Positions 17,153-27,497 of a stretch of DNA of 64,000 bases are shown in pieces. The stretch covers positions 13,724 through 77,723 of the forward strand of contig NZ_JBBIAB010000003.1 in assembly GCF_039634785.1 (NCBI RefSeq). The letters run 5' to 3'. Under the pieces are notes generated by a model, which saw only the letters and a list, made by a program, of their open reading frames with translations, was not told the origin of the DNA and searched no databases. The DNA is from Tistrella mobilis. GTDB taxonomy: Bacteria > Pseudomonadota > Alphaproteobacteria > Tistrellales > Tistrellaceae. Position numbers and translations under genes: made by a program. How positions within the stretch are numbered: position 1 is the first letter of the stretch; each line of letters begins with the position of its first letter.

Positions 17153-18304
17153 TCAGGCGGCGACCTGGCCGTCGACGGCGCCGGTGATCCAGCCGCCGCC
17201 CAGCACGCGGTCTCCCTGATAGAACACGCAGGCCTGGCCCGGGGCGACCGCGCGCTGCGGGTCGTCGAACACCACGCTCGCCGTCAGCCCGCCCGCCGCA
17301 TCGGCCGTGACCGTCAGCCGGGCCGCTGCCGGCTCGACGGTAGAGCGGATCCGCGCCTGGATGCGCAGCCCCTCTGCCGGCGGCAGATCGCCCTCGCCCA
17401 GCCAGTGCACATCGCTGACCGCCACCTCGTGATGGCCCAGAAGATGGCCCGGTCCCACGATCACCCGCCGGCGCACCGCATCCAGCCGCACCACATAAAG
17501 CGGCTCAGGGCCGCCGCGATCGAGCTTCAGCCCGCGGCGCTGGCCGATGGTGTAGCGATAGACGCCTTCATGCGCGCCCAGCACCTCGCCGGTCACCGCA
17601 TGGACGATCTCGCCCGGGGCCTCGGCGGCCGGGGCGAGCTTGCGCACGGTTTCGGCATAGCGGCCGGACGGCACGAAGCAGATGTCCTGGCTGTCGGGCT
17701 TGGCGGCCACCACCAGCCCGTATTCGGCGGCGAGCGCCCGCACCTTCGGCTTTTCCATGTCGCCCAGCGGAAAGCGCAGCCGGGCGAGCCGTTGCTTGGT
17801 GATCGCGAACAGGAAATAGCTCTGGTCGCGGGCCGGGTCGCGGCCGCGCAGCAGGGCCGGCCCGCCATCGGCGCCCGTGGTCAGCCGGGCGTAATGGCCG
17901 GTGACCAGCAGGTCGGCATCCAGGTCGAGGGCTGTGTCGAGCAGGTCCCGGAACTTCACCCGCTCGTTGCAGCGCACGCAGGGGATCGGCGTCTCGCCGG
18001 CCAGATAGCTCTCTGCGAAATCATCGATCACCGCCGCGCGGAAACGCTGCTCGTAATCCAGCACGTAATGCGGGATGCCGAGCTTTTCCGCCACCGCCCG
18101 GGCGTCGCGGATGTCGCGGCCGGCACAGCAGGCACCCGCCTTTTCCACCGCCATGCCGTGATCATAAAGCTGCAGGGTGACACCGACGACGTCATAGCCC
18201 TCGGCCTTCAGCATCGCGGCCGTCACCGAGCTGTCGACGCCGCCCGACATGGCGACCACCACCCGCGTGGCGGCGGCGGGCTTGTCGAGGCCGAGGCTGT
18301 TCAT
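17153..18304 (-). CDS. mnmA: tRNA-specific 2-thiouridylase MnmA
   Basis: PP-loop SGGVDSS. Catalytic region [27 protein letters not shown] and IPCVRCN. 383 aa. Confidence 0.9.
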   Translation of the reverse strand: MNSLGLDKPAAATRVVVAMSGGVDSSVTAAMLKAEGYDVVGVTLQLYDHGMAVEKAGACCAGRDIRDARAVAEKLGIPHYVLDYEQRFRAAVIDDFAESYLAGETPIPCVRCNERVKFRDLLDTALDLDADLLVTGHYARLTTGADGGPALLRGRDPARDQSYFLFAITKQRLARLRFPLGDMEKPKVRALAAEYGLVVAAKPDSQDICFVPSGRYAETVRKLAPAAEAPGEIVHAVTGEVLGAHEGVYRYTIGQRRGLKLDRGGPEPLYVVRLDAVRRRVIVGPGHLLGHHEVAVSDVHWLGEGDLPPAEGLRIQARIRSTVEPAAARLTVTADAAGGLTASVVFDDPQRAVAPGQACVFYQGDRVLGGGWITGAVDGQVAA

Positions 18305-18355
18305 CTGCCGTGTCTTTCCTTAGCCGGTTTCGAAGGGCGGAGGCTCTGCATGCCT

Positions 18356-19078
18356 TCAGATGTCGGTCGCGCGGGCGGCCGCGTCCAGTCCCATTTGCCA
18401 GAACGCGGCTTCCAGGCGGCTGGCGGCGGCGAAAAGTCCGGTCAGGGCCGGCAGCCGCGCCTCGGCGCCGCGCTCGCGCCAGACCCGGTCGATCTGGTCG
18501 GCGGCGGCCCGGGCGATCGCCAGATATTCCTCGCCCGAATAGGCCTCGATCCAGTCGCGATACGCATCGCCTTCGGGCAGTGCCGCCGCGGCCGCCTTCA
18601 GGCGCAGCCCGATCTCGCCATAGCCGACCACGCAGGGCGACAGCGCCACCAGCAGGTCGAGCAGGTCGCCCTTCAGTCCGGCATCGATCACAAAGCGGGT
18701 GTAGGCGATGGTCGGCAGATCCTCGGGCGTCGCCGCCATCTGCGCTTCCGTCAGCCCCCAGCCGGCGCAGGTCCGGACATGCAGCTTCATCTCGGTATCG
18801 GTCAGGCCGCGCAGGGTCTCGGCCGCGGCGCGCATGTCGTCCAGCGTCTCGGCCTTGAAGGCGGCGAGCGCATAGGCCCGCGCGAACTGGATCAGGAACA
18901 GATAGTCCTGGATCAGATAATGCCGGAAGGCCGGCCGCGGCAGGTCGCCCCGGCCCAGCCCGCGCACGAAATCATGGCCGATATAGGCCTCCCAGTCGGT
19001 GCGGGTCAGATCGCGCAGCCGGGCGATCAGCCCGTCTTCGGCGAACAGGCCATGGCCGGCCGGCAGGTCGTCGAGCAT
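18356..19078 (-). CDS. tenA: TenA-family aminopyrimidine aminohydrolase (thiaminase II), thiamine salvage
   Basis: HDFVRGLGRGDLPRPAFRHYLIQDYLFLIQFARAYA matches the TenA/PqqC-like heme-oxygenase-fold family. Confidence 0.8.
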   Translation of the reverse strand: MLDDLPAGHGLFAEDGLIARLRDLTRTDWEAYIGHDFVRGLGRGDLPRPAFRHYLIQDYLFLIQFARAYALAAFKAETLDDMRAAAETLRGLTDTEMKLHVRTCAGWGLTEAQMAATPEDLPTIAYTRFVIDAGLKGDLLDLLVALSPCVVGYGEIGLRLKAAAAALPEGDAYRDWIEAYSGEEYLAIARAAADQIDRVWRERGAEARLPALTGLFAAASRLEAAFWQMGLDAAARATDI

Positions 19079-19176
19079 TCCGGATCTCCTCTGGGCGGTG
19101 CGGCAGGAGGCAGGGCCCGCAGACTAGCCGCGCCAGCCGGACCTGGCCAGCCCCGGACGGGACATCCCGGCCATGC

Positions 19177-19203
19177 GAAAACGCCGCCGGCAGAACCGGC
19201 GGC
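19177..19203 (-). terminator. Rho-independent terminator downstream of the ferredoxin gene (minus strand)
   Basis: Minus-strand RNA GCCGCCGG-UUCUG-CCGGCGGC, followed by GUUUUCG. Confidence 0.5.
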
Positions 19204-19241
19204 GTCCTCAAAGTCTCAAATGCCAGAACGCGCGGTCCCGA

Positions 19242-19574
19242 TCAGTCGATCAGCGCGTTGTGGACCTCACTCGGCAGCGAGACGGTCAGGCCGTCCAGCT
19301 CTTCGGTGATGATGATCTGGCAGCCGAGGCGCGAGGTCTTGGTCAGGCCCCAGGCGAGGTCGAGCATGTCCTCTTCCTCTTCCGCCGCGTCGGGCAGACG
19401 CTCGAAATCTTCGGGTGCCACGATCACATGGCAGGTGGAGCAGGCCAGCGATCCTTCGCAGGCGCCCTCGATATCGATACTGTTGCGGTGGGCGATCTCG
19501 AGGATCGACAGGCCGACGGGCGCCTCGACTTCGCGGCGGTTGCCGTCACGCTCGATGAAGGTGATCTTGGGCAT
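19242..19574 (-). CDS. fdx: 2Fe-2S ferredoxin, adrenodoxin/ISC type
   Basis: Start at [11 protein letters not shown]. Cluster ligands [12 protein letters not shown] and C at LGCQII. About 110 aa. The listed 147-aa ORF has an unsupported N-terminal extension. Confidence 0.85.
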   Translation of the reverse strand: MPKITFIERDGNRREVEAPVGLSILEIAHRNSIDIEGACEGSLACSTCHVIVAPEDFERLPDAAEEEEDMLDLAWGLTKTSRLGCQIIITEELDGLTVSLPSEVHNALID

Positions 19575-19824
19575 CGCGTTTCTTCTCTCGTCCCTCGTGT
19601 CCGCCGCACGGACCCGGACGGGCTCCACGCCCGCGGCGGCAAGCTCGCTCGGCTTCGTTGAACCGCATTCCATCGCCGAGGGCAAGCCCGAAACTCTCCG
19701 AGCCCGCGGGCACTTGCGCCTGCGACCATCGCCAGACTATGCCGGATCTTCCGGACATTCAACCTATAGTGAATGACCCGTTTTCGACTCAACTGTTGCT
19801 AGGTGCCGTCGGGCGGGCCGGCGA

Positions 19825-20157
19825 TCAGACGTGGAAGCTCTCGCCGCAGCCGCAGCGACCCTTCTCGTTCGGGTTCCGGAATACGAAACCGGCCTGAAGC
19901 TTGTCCTCTTCCCAATCCATCTCGGTGCCGATCAGGAACAGGATCGCCTTGGGATCGATCAGGATGCGGACGCCCTTCTCCTCGATCACCTCGTCATGCT
20001 TGGCGACGTCGTCGGCCATTTCCATGGTATAGGCGAGCCCCGAGCACCCGGCGGTCTTCACGCCCACGCGGATGCCGACCACACCATCCTTGTCGGCCAT
20101 CAGGCCGCGCAGCCTGTCGGCGGCGGCATCGGTAATGCGCAGTGCCGGCATGGGCAT
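19825..20157 (-). CDS. erpA: Fe-S cluster insertion protein, HesB/IscA/ErpA family (A-type carrier)
   Basis: 110 aa from MPMPALRITD. Conserved Cys in GCSGLAY and the C-terminal GCGCGESF. GGAGG Shine-Dalgarno before the ATG at 20155-20157. Confidence 0.8.
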   Translation of the reverse strand: MPMPALRITDAAADRLRGLMADKDGVVGIRVGVKTAGCSGLAYTMEMADDVAKHDEVIEEKGVRILIDPKAILFLIGTEMDWEEDKLQAGFVFRNPNEKGRCGCGESFHV

Positions 20158-20484
20158 CGGCTGGACCTCCTTGCTGTGACCTGCATGCGACGGCCGCGAA
20201 CGAAACCGATACGTTGACGACCGCCCGACCCTCGCGCCCGACGGATTCCGGGCGACGTGGCCTTTGAACTCTAACATAATCGCTCGCCGGCCGGATGAAA
20301 GAGGGCAAAATTCCCGTCTCCGGAAATGAGGCCCGTCTCCGGAAAGGGAGCCCTGCCCCTTCGGCATTCCAGGCTGCATTCAGCTGCGGATCATTCCGTC
20401 CGCCCGCCAGCATCACCGCACCAATACCGGCCAGCGCGGCAATCCTGCCGCGCCACGGCCGGCACGACCGGGACCGAAAGCCAG

Positions 20485-21615
20485 ATGACCGACCGACGCC
20501 ACCAGACCCGCCGCAGGCAGCTTCGTGCCCATCCCGCAGCCGCGGCGGTGGCTGCCCCGCTTCTGACGGCCGCGATCCTCATTCTGCTGCCGGGGCCGGG
20601 CATCACCAGCGCTTTCGCCCAGGGCGCCCCGCAGGGCATGCCGGTCGAAGCGGCAAAGGCACGCGCGGAACCCTTCGCCGAAACCATCACCGTCGCCGGC
20701 GGGCTGGAAGCGGTGCAGGCGATCGACGTCGCCTCGGAAATCACCGGCCGGCTGTCGGCGATCGAGGTGACCGACGGGGCCAGGGTGAAGGCCGGCCAGG
20801 TTCTGTTCCGCCTGGACGACGCCATCGCCCGCACCGTGCTGGCCGAGGCCCAGGCCTCGATCGAGGTCAACCGTCGCAATGCCGAACGCGCCCGCGACCT
20901 TGCCCGCCGCGGCGCCGGCACCGCGCGGGCCAGCGACGAGGCAGAGGCCGAGTTGCTGATCACCCGGGCCCAGGTGCAGTCGGCACAGGTCCAGCTGGAA
21001 AAAACCGTGATCACGGCCCCCTTCGACGGCATCGCCGGCTTCCGTCAGGTCGATCTGGGCGCCTATGTCTCGCCCGGCCAGACCCTGACCACGCTCGACG
21101 ACATCGACCCGATCCGGGCGGTGTTCCGCCTGCCCGAACGCTTCGCGGGCTCCGTCCATCCCGGCACGGCGGTGACGGTGGAGGTGGAGGCCTTTCCCGG
21201 CGAGCGCTTCCCCGCCCGGGTGGCCGCCATCGACCCCCGGCTCGACCCCGGCGGCCGCAGCCTGGCGGTGCGCGCCGAGATCGACAATGCCGACGGCCGG
21301 CTCCGGCCCGGCATGTTCGCCCGCATCACCGCGGTGCTGAACGAAATCGGCGATGCGCTGATCATTCCCGAACAGGCGATCGTGCCCGGCCGGGACGGGC
21401 CCTTCGTCTACAAGATCGTCGACGGCAAGGCGACGCCCCAGCCGGTCACCATCGGTGCGCGGCGCGTGGGTGAAGTGGGGGTGACCAAGGGGCTCGCCGA
21501 TGGCGACCTGGTCATCACCGCCGGCCAGATCAAGATCGGCCCGGGCATGCCGGTGATGCCGCTGCCGACCGGCGCCGATCCCTTCGCGGCGCCCGCCCCC
21601 GGTGCCGGCGGCTGA
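20485..21615 (+). CDS. RND efflux system periplasmic adaptor (membrane fusion protein)
   Basis: Signal/TM region (LLTAAILILLPGPGITSAFA). Biotinyl/lipoyl-like and beta-barrel motifs typical of the HlyD/AcrA family. It is followed 21 bp later by the RND pump gene. Confidence 0.85.
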   Translation: MTDRRHQTRRRQLRAHPAAAAVAAPLLTAAILILLPGPGITSAFAQGAPQGMPVEAAKARAEPFAETITVAGGLEAVQAIDVASEITGRLSAIEVTDGARVKAGQVLFRLDDAIARTVLAEAQASIEVNRRNAERARDLARRGAGTARASDEAEAELLITRAQVQSAQVQLEKTVITAPFDGIAGFRQVDLGAYVSPGQTLTTLDDIDPIRAVFRLPERFAGSVHPGTAVTVEVEAFPGERFPARVAAIDPRLDPGGRSLAVRAEIDNADGRLRPGMFARITAVLNEIGDALIIPEQAIVPGRDGPFVYKIVDGKATPQPVTIGARRVGEVGVTKGLADGDLVITAGQIKIGPGMPVMPLPTGADPFAAPAPGAGG

Positions 21616-21636
21616 TCGCGGAGAGGACAGAGCCTT

Positions 21637-24600
21637 ATGAAACTCTCCGATATCTGCATCCAGCGACCGGTCTTCGCGACCGTGCTGAGCTTCGTGGTCC
21701 TGCTGCTGGGCCTGGTCGCCTATGACCGGCTGTCGGTCCGCGAATATCCCAACATCGACCCGCCGGTCGTGAACGTCGAGACCACCTATCCGGGCGCCAG
21801 CGCCCAGATCATGGAAAGCCAGATCACCCAGATCCTGGAAGACAGCCTGTCGGGCATCGAGGGGATCGACTACATCACCTCGATCAGCCGCCAGCAGCAG
21901 AGCCAGATCACCCTGCGCTTCAAGCTCGACCGCGACCCGAGCGATGCGGCGGCAGATGTCCGTGACCGCGTGGCGCGCGTCCGCGGCCAGCTGCCCGACG
22001 AGATCGACGAGCCGATCATCGAGAAGGTCGAGGCCGACGCCCAGCCGATCATCTATCTCGCCTTCTCGTCCGACCGGCATTCGCCGCTGGAGCTGTCGGA
22101 TTACGCCGACCGCTACGTCAAGGACCAGCTGCAGATCCTGACCGGCGTGTCGCAGGTGATGATCTTCGGTGAGCGGCGCTATTCGATGCGCATCGCGCTC
22201 GACCCGATCCGCGTCGCCGGCTACGGGCTGACGATCCAGGAGATCGAGGCGGCGCTGGCCGCGCAGAACGTCGAAATCCCGGCCGGCACGATCGAAAGCG
22301 CCGAGCGCGAATTCACCGTGCTCTCGGAAACCGACCTGCAGCGCCCCGAACAGTTCAACGCCATCGTCCTGGCCGAGCGCGACGGCCACCAGATCCACCT
22401 CTCCGATGTCGGCCAGGCCTTCATCGGCGCCGAGGCGGAAGACAGCGCCGCCCGCTTCAACGGCAAGCCCGCCGTGGCGATGGGTGTCGTCAAGCAGGCG
22501 ACCGCCAACCCGCTCGACGTCTCGGCGGCGGTACGCGCCCGCATCCCCGAGATCATCGAGAACCTGCCCCAGGGCATGCAGGTCGACGTCGCCTATGACA
22601 GCTCGGTCTTCATTCAGGAATCGATCAACAACGTCTACGACACCATCATCGAGGCGGTGGTGCTGGTCATCCTGATCATCTTCCTGTTCCTGCGCTCGCT
22701 CCGCGCGACGCTGGTGCCGCTGGTGACCATTCCGGTCTCGCTGATCGGCGCCTTCTTCATGATGTATCTGCTGGGCTTCACCATCAACACGCTGACCCTG
22801 CTGTCGCTGGTGCTCGCCATCGGCCTGGTGGTCGACGACGCGATCGTGATGCTGGAGAACATCTTCCGCCATATCGAGGCGGGCATGTCGCCGATGCGCG
22901 CGGCCTTCAAGGGCAGCCGCGAGATCGCCTTCGCGGTCATCGCGATGACCATCACCCTCGCCGCCGTCTACATGCCGATCGCCTTCCAGACCGGCACCAC
23001 CGGCCGGCTGTTCACCGAATTCGCCCTCACCCTGGCCGGCGCCGTGCTGATCTCGGGCTTCGTGGCGCTGACGCTGACGCCGATGATGTGCGGCGTGCTG
23101 CTGAAGCACCAGTCGAGCCATGGCCTGTTCTACCGGGTCATCGAAGGCTTCCTGAACGGCCTGACCCGCGGCTATCGGGCAACGCTCAAGGGCGCGCTCA
23201 AGGTCCGGCCGCTGATCCTGCTGATCGGTCTGGCTGTGGCGAGCGGCAGCTTCTTCCTGCTCAAGGCCCTGCCGGAAGAGCTGGCACCCTATGAAGATCA
23301 GGGCTTCCTGATCGGTTTCATCATCGGCCCCGAGGGCGCGACGCTCGATTATACCGAGCGCTATGCCCGCGGTCTGGAAGGCATCTATGCCGGCATCCCC
23401 GAGGCCGAGACCTATTTCGTGGTCGCCGGCTTCCCGCTGAAATCGCAGGGCATCAGCTTCGTGAAGCTCAAGGACTGGGCGGATCGCGAGCGCAGCGCCT
23501 CCGAGATCGCAGCCTCGGTGATGCCGTCGATGTTCGGCGGCCTGCCGGGCGTGATGGCCTTCCCGATCCCGCCCGCACCGCTCGGCCAGGAAATCGGCCA
23601 GAAGCCGGTGCAGTTCGTGGTCCAGTCCTCGCTGCCCTATGAACAGCTGGGCGCGCTGGTCGACAAGATCGTCGCCCGGGCCATGCAGAACCCCGGGCTG
23701 CAGAATGTCGAAACCGACCTCAAGCTCAACCGGCCGCAGCTGACCGTCTCGGTCGACCGGGCCAAGGCCGCCGATCTCGGCATCGGCGTGGACGTGATCG
23801 GCCGGACGCTGGAAACCGCCCTCGGCGGGCGTCAGGTCACCCGCTTCAAGCTGCATGGCGACCAGTATGACGTGATCATCCGGCTGGACGACCGCTATCG
23901 CGCCACGCCGTCGGATCTGAGCGCGATCTATGTCCGCTCGGCCACCGGCGAGATGGTCCAGCTGTCCAACCTGGTCAAGGTGACCGAGACCGTGGCGCCG
24001 CAGGGGCTGAACCACTTCAACCAGCTGCGCTCGGTGACGGTCGATGCCAATCTGGCGCCGGGCTATGCGCTGGGTGACGCCCTCACCTTCCTCGACCAGG
24101 TCGCGCGGGAGGAACTGGGCGGCCAGGCGACCACCGATCTCTCGGGCCAGAGCCGCGAATTCCGCGACAGCGCCTCCAGCCTGGTGATGACCTTCGTGCT
24201 GGCGCTGGGCTTCATCTTCCTGGTGCTCGCCGCCCAGTTCGAAAGCTGGCGCGACCCGTTCATCATCATGCTGACCGTGCCGCTCTCGATCACCGGCGGC
24301 CTTCTGGCGCTGTACCTCTCGGGCGGCACCTTCAACATCTACAGCCAGGTCGGCGTGGTCACCCTGATCGGCCTGATCACCAAGCACGGCATCCTGATCG
24401 TCGAATTCTCCAACCAGATCCGGCGCGAGGGCCTGTCGCGCAGCGATGCGGTGGTCGAGGCGGCGGTGCAGCGCCTGCGCCCGATTCTGATGACCACGGG
24501 TGCCATGGTGCTGGGCACGGTGCCGCTGGCGCTCGCCACCGGCGCCGGCGCCGAAAGCCGTCAGGATATCGGCTGGGTGATCGTCGGCGGCCTGCTGGTC

Positions 24601-24735
24601 GGCACCTTCTTCACCCTGTTCGTGATCCCGACGGTCTATACCTATATCAGCCGCCGCGACATGAAGCCGATCGTCGAGGCGCCGAGCGATGCCGAACTCG
24701 CCGCCGAGGGAGCCCAGGGCCATGTTGCCCACTGA
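21637..24735 (+). CDS. RND efflux transporter permease (HAE1 family, MdtB/MdtC/AcrB-like), pump 1
   Basis: 1032 aa with 12 TM helices and two large periplasmic loops. N-terminus MKLSDICIQRPVFATVLSFVVLLLGL is typical of HAE1 pumps. Confidence 0.9.
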   Translation: MKLSDICIQRPVFATVLSFVVLLLGLVAYDRLSVREYPNIDPPVVNVETTYPGASAQIMESQITQILEDSLSGIEGIDYITSISRQQQSQITLRFKLDRDPSDAAADVRDRVARVRGQLPDEIDEPIIEKVEADAQPIIYLAFSSDRHSPLELSDYADRYVKDQLQILTGVSQVMIFGERRYSMRIALDPIRVAGYGLTIQEIEAALAAQNVEIPAGTIESAEREFTVLSETDLQRPEQFNAIVLAERDGHQIHLSDVGQAFIGAEAEDSAARFNGKPAVAMGVVKQATANPLDVSAAVRARIPEIIENLPQGMQVDVAYDSSVFIQESINNVYDTIIEAVVLVILIIFLFLRSLRATLVPLVTIPVSLIGAFFMMYLLGFTINTLTLLSLVLAIGLVVDDAIVMLENIFRHIEAGMSPMRAAFKGSREIAFAVIAMTITLAAVYMPIAFQTGTTGRLFTEFALTLAGAVLISGFVALTLTPMMCGVLLKHQSSHGLFYRVIEGFLNGLTRGYRATLKGALKVRPLILLIGLAVASGSFFLLKALPEELAPYEDQGFLIGFIIGPEGATLDYTERYARGLEGIYAGIPEAETYFVVAGFPLKSQGISFVKLKDWADRERSASEIAASVMPSMFGGLPGVMAFPIPPAPLGQEIGQKPVQFVVQSSLPYEQLGALVDKIVARAMQNPGLQNVETDLKLNRPQLTVSVDRAKAADLGIGVDVIGRTLETALGGRQVTRFKLHGDQYDVIIRLDDRYRATPSDLSAIYVRSATGEMVQLSNLVKVTETVAPQGLNHFNQLRSVTVDANLAPGYALGDALTFLDQVAREELGGQATTDLSGQSREFRDSASSLVMTFVLALGFIFLVLAAQFESWRDPFIIMLTVPLSITGGLLALYLSGGTFNIYSQVGVVTLIGLITKHGILIVEFSNQIRREGLSRSDAVVEAAVQRLRPILMTTGAMVLGTVPLALATGAGAESRQDIGWVIVGGLLVGTFFTLFVIPTVYTYISRRDMKPIVEAPSDAELAAEGAQGHVAH

Positions 24736-25600
24736 CGATCGGGCGCGCACTGACTGGCCGGCCCCCACTAGCCACCCCGACGGTGGCCCCGGGGTCGACC
24801 TTCTGGTCATGACCCTGGATGCGACCGATCCGGAGATCAATACCCGGCTCGCGCCCCTTCTCGACGACGAGGAGCGGGCGCGGGCCGCGCGCTTTCATTT
24901 CGACCGCGACCGCCGGACCTATATCGCCGCCCATGCCCTGGTCCGGTCGGTGCTGGCGGTGCGGACCGGCATCGCCCCGGCCCGGCTCCGCTTCACCGCC
25001 GGTGCCCGCGGCAAGCCGGAACTGGCGGCCGGGCAGATGCCGGTTCTGCCCGATGGCCGGCCGGCGCTGCGCTTCAACCTGTCGCACACCCGCGAGGCGG
25101 TGGCGGTGGCGGTCAGCACCGATCCGGCCTGTGCGGCGGTGGATCTGGGCGTCGATATCGAAGCCGCCGACCGGCTGGGCGATTACGACGCCCGCATCGC
25201 CCGGAGTTTCTTCGCCGAGGACGAGGCGGCGGCACTCGAAGCCCTGCCCACGGCGGCAGAGCGTGCCCGCCGCTTCCTCACCCTCTGGACGCTCAAGGAA
25301 GCGGTGATCAAGACCACCGGCCAGGGGCTGTCGCAGAAACTCTCAGGCTTCAGCATCCGCTTTCCCGCCGCCTGGCCGGCCGACGGGCTGCTGCCAGATA
25401 TCGAAGCCCGCGATCCCGCCCCGCCGCCGGGCCTTGCCTGGCATCTGACCCATCAGGAACTGCCGCCCGCAGACGGGCGCGGGGGCCTGCATCTGGCGGG
25501 CGCCCTGCTCGCGCCCGTCAGGCAGCCCCGGCCCCGCTGGCGCTTGCACCGGGTGACACCGGCGATGCTGCCCCGGCTTCATCCGCAAGCCGCCGGCTGA
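24722..25600 (+). CDS. 4'-phosphopantetheinyl transferase, Sfp type
   Basis: Motifs VDLGVDIE and WTLKEAVIKTTG. The ATG at 24722 overlaps the RND stop (TGA 24733-24735) by 14 bp, which suggests translational coupling. Confidence 0.8.
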   Translation: MLPTDDRARTDWPAPTSHPDGGPGVDLLVMTLDATDPEINTRLAPLLDDEERARAARFHFDRDRRTYIAAHALVRSVLAVRTGIAPARLRFTAGARGKPELAAGQMPVLPDGRPALRFNLSHTREAVAVAVSTDPACAAVDLGVDIEAADRLGDYDARIARSFFAEDEAAALEALPTAAERARRFLTLWTLKEAVIKTTGQGLSQKLSGFSIRFPAAWPADGLLPDIEARDPAPPPGLAWHLTHQELPPADGRGGLHLAGALLAPVRQPRPRWRLHRVTPAMLPRLHPQAAG

Positions 25601-27251
25601 AGGCCCGCAGGATCATGCTGCGGGCAATCTCTTCGGGGTCGGTCACCACTTCCACATGGCCCTGAGCCGCCAGATAGGCGGCCTGATCGTCATCCTCGGC
25701 CCGGGCGACCACGATCAGCCCGGGATTGGCCGCCAGCGCCTGGCCGACCACCTGCCCCGCCTCGAAACTGCGCGAGATCATCACGAACATCATCCGCGCC
25801 CCCGCCAGATTGGCGGCCTTCAGGATGTCCGGCGATGCGGCATTGCCGTGGACGCATTCGATGCCGCGTTTCGCCAGATCGGCGGTGCGGCCGGGCAGAT
25901 CCTCGATCACCAGAAAAGGCAGATCGCGGGCCTCCAGCTCCGCACAGATCCGCCGGCCGACCTGGCCATAGCCCACCACCACCGCATGATCGGCCAGCGT
26001 GGTCGGCACCGGGGGCAGGTCGGGCGCGTCTTCGGGCCGGGCCGGCGGCAGCATCGGCTCGGTCCGCGCGCGCCAGATGTCGATCGCCCGGAACAGCAGC
26101 GGGTTGACCAGGATCGACAGGATGGCCCCCGCCAGAATGAAATCCTGCCCCTCGGCCGGCATCAGCCCCTGGGACACGCCCAGCGCCGCCAGGATGAACG
26201 AGAACTCGCCGATCTGGGCAAGGCTCGCCGAAATGGTCAGCGCCGTACCCCGGCCATGGCCGAAGGCCCGCACGATGCCATAGGCGGCCAGCGACTTGCC
26301 CAGGACGATGATGACCAGCGTCGCCGCCACCGGCAGGGGATCCTCGATCAGGATCGCCGGGTCGAACAGCATGCCGACCGAAACGAAGAACAGCACTGCG
26401 AAGGCATCGCGCAGCGGCAGCGATTCCTCCGCCGCCCGATGCGACAGGGTCGATTCGCTCAGCACCAGCCCGGCAAAAAAGGCGCCCAGCGCGAAAGAGG
26501 CCCCGAAGAGTTCCGAGGCGGCGAAGGCGACGCCCAATGCCAGCGCCAGCACGCACAGCCGGAACAGCTCGCGGGAGCCCATATGCGCCACCTGGTGCAG
26601 CACCCAGGGCACCACCCGGCGCCCGATCAGCAGCATCACGCCCACGAACACCGCGACCTTGCCGAGCGTCAGCGCCACCGTGACCGCAATCTCTGCCGGC
26701 GACGGTGCGCCGCGGCCTTCGGCGGTCATCAAAGCCCCGAAGGCCGGCACCAGAACCAGGGCAAGCACCATGGCCAGATCCTCGACGATCAGCCAGCCGA
26801 CGGCGATCCGGCCGCGCTCGGTCTCGATCAGCCGGCGTTCCTGCAGCGCCCGCAGCAGCACCACGGTGCTCGCCACCGACAGCGCCAGGCCGAAGACCAG
26901 ACCGGCCGTCACCGTCCAGCCCAGCGCAAGCGCCAGCCCCAGCCCCAGCAGGGTGGCCAGCCCCATCTGGGCGATGGCGCCGGGCAGAGAGATCCGCCGG
27001 ACCGACATCAGATCCTTGACCGAGAAATGCAGCCCCACGCCGAACATCAGCAGGATCACCCCCAGCTCGGCCAGCTGCGGCACCAGCATCTGGTCGGCGA
27101 CATAGCCCGGCGTCGCCGGCCCGATCGCCACCCCCGCCAGCAGATAGCCGACCAGCGGCGAAATCTTCAGCCGCTGGGCGATCGCCCCCAGCACGAAGGC
27201 GAGACCCAGGCCGGCGACGATGGTGGTGACGAGGGGCAGGTCGTGATGCAT
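25518..27251 (-). CDS. CPA2-family monovalent cation:proton antiporter (KefB/KefC-like) with a C-terminal RCK/TrkA-N domain
   Basis: Start at MHHDLPLVTTIVAGLG. Na_H exchanger TM core. Rossmann GxGxxG HAVVVGYGQVGRRI in the TrkA-N domain. Its 3' end overlaps the convergent PPTase gene by 83 bp. Confidence 0.8.
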   Translation of the reverse strand: MHHDLPLVTTIVAGLGLAFVLGAIAQRLKISPLVGYLLAGVAIGPATPGYVADQMLVPQLAELGVILLMFGVGLHFSVKDLMSVRRISLPGAIAQMGLATLLGLGLALALGWTVTAGLVFGLALSVASTVVLLRALQERRLIETERGRIAVGWLIVEDLAMVLALVLVPAFGALMTAEGRGAPSPAEIAVTVALTLGKVAVFVGVMLLIGRRVVPWVLHQVAHMGSRELFRLCVLALALGVAFAASELFGASFALGAFFAGLVLSESTLSHRAAEESLPLRDAFAVLFFVSVGMLFDPAILIEDPLPVAATLVIIVLGKSLAAYGIVRAFGHGRGTALTISASLAQIGEFSFILAALGVSQGLMPAEGQDFILAGAILSILVNPLLFRAIDIWRARTEPMLPPARPEDAPDLPPVPTTLADHAVVVGYGQVGRRICAELEARDLPFLVIEDLPGRTADLAKRGIECVHGNAASPDILKAANLAGARMMFVMISRSFEAGQVVGQALAANPGLIVVARAEDDDQAAYLAAQGHVEVVTDPEEIARSMILRAFSRRLADEAGAASPVSPGASASGAGAA

Positions 27252-27497
27252 GCGCGGCCGGGTCTCCGGAAAAGCTGAGCGGAAGAATGGGAGGCAGGCG
27301 AAATCGGGTCGCGAGACGCCCGACGCAGACATGCGTCATCGGTCACGAAGGTTGAAGGAAGGGATCAGGGCGATGGGGAGGTGCGGACGGAAACCGCTCT
27401 TCCCGGTATATGGCGCAGCCCTTGACGGTTCAAGAACCTCACCCGACTTTACCGGTCAGTCTGCCCCGCCGCGCGCGCCCCGAAGGCCTCCCTCCCC

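Noticed and set aside
19079-19176. Possible TPP riboswitch upstream of tenA
   Set aside because: The region contains UGAGA-like and GC-rich stems but lacks the conserved CUGAGA...ACCUGAUCUGGAUAAUGCCAGCG core. The hairpin there is better explained as the ferredoxin gene terminator.
17102-19309. 735-aa plus-strand ORF
   Set aside because: It is antisense to mnmA and tenA, both of which have strong family motifs. There are no motifs in this frame.
20413-24840. 1475-aa minus-strand ORF
   Set aside because: It is antisense to the MFP/RND pump 1 genes. The product is low-complexity.
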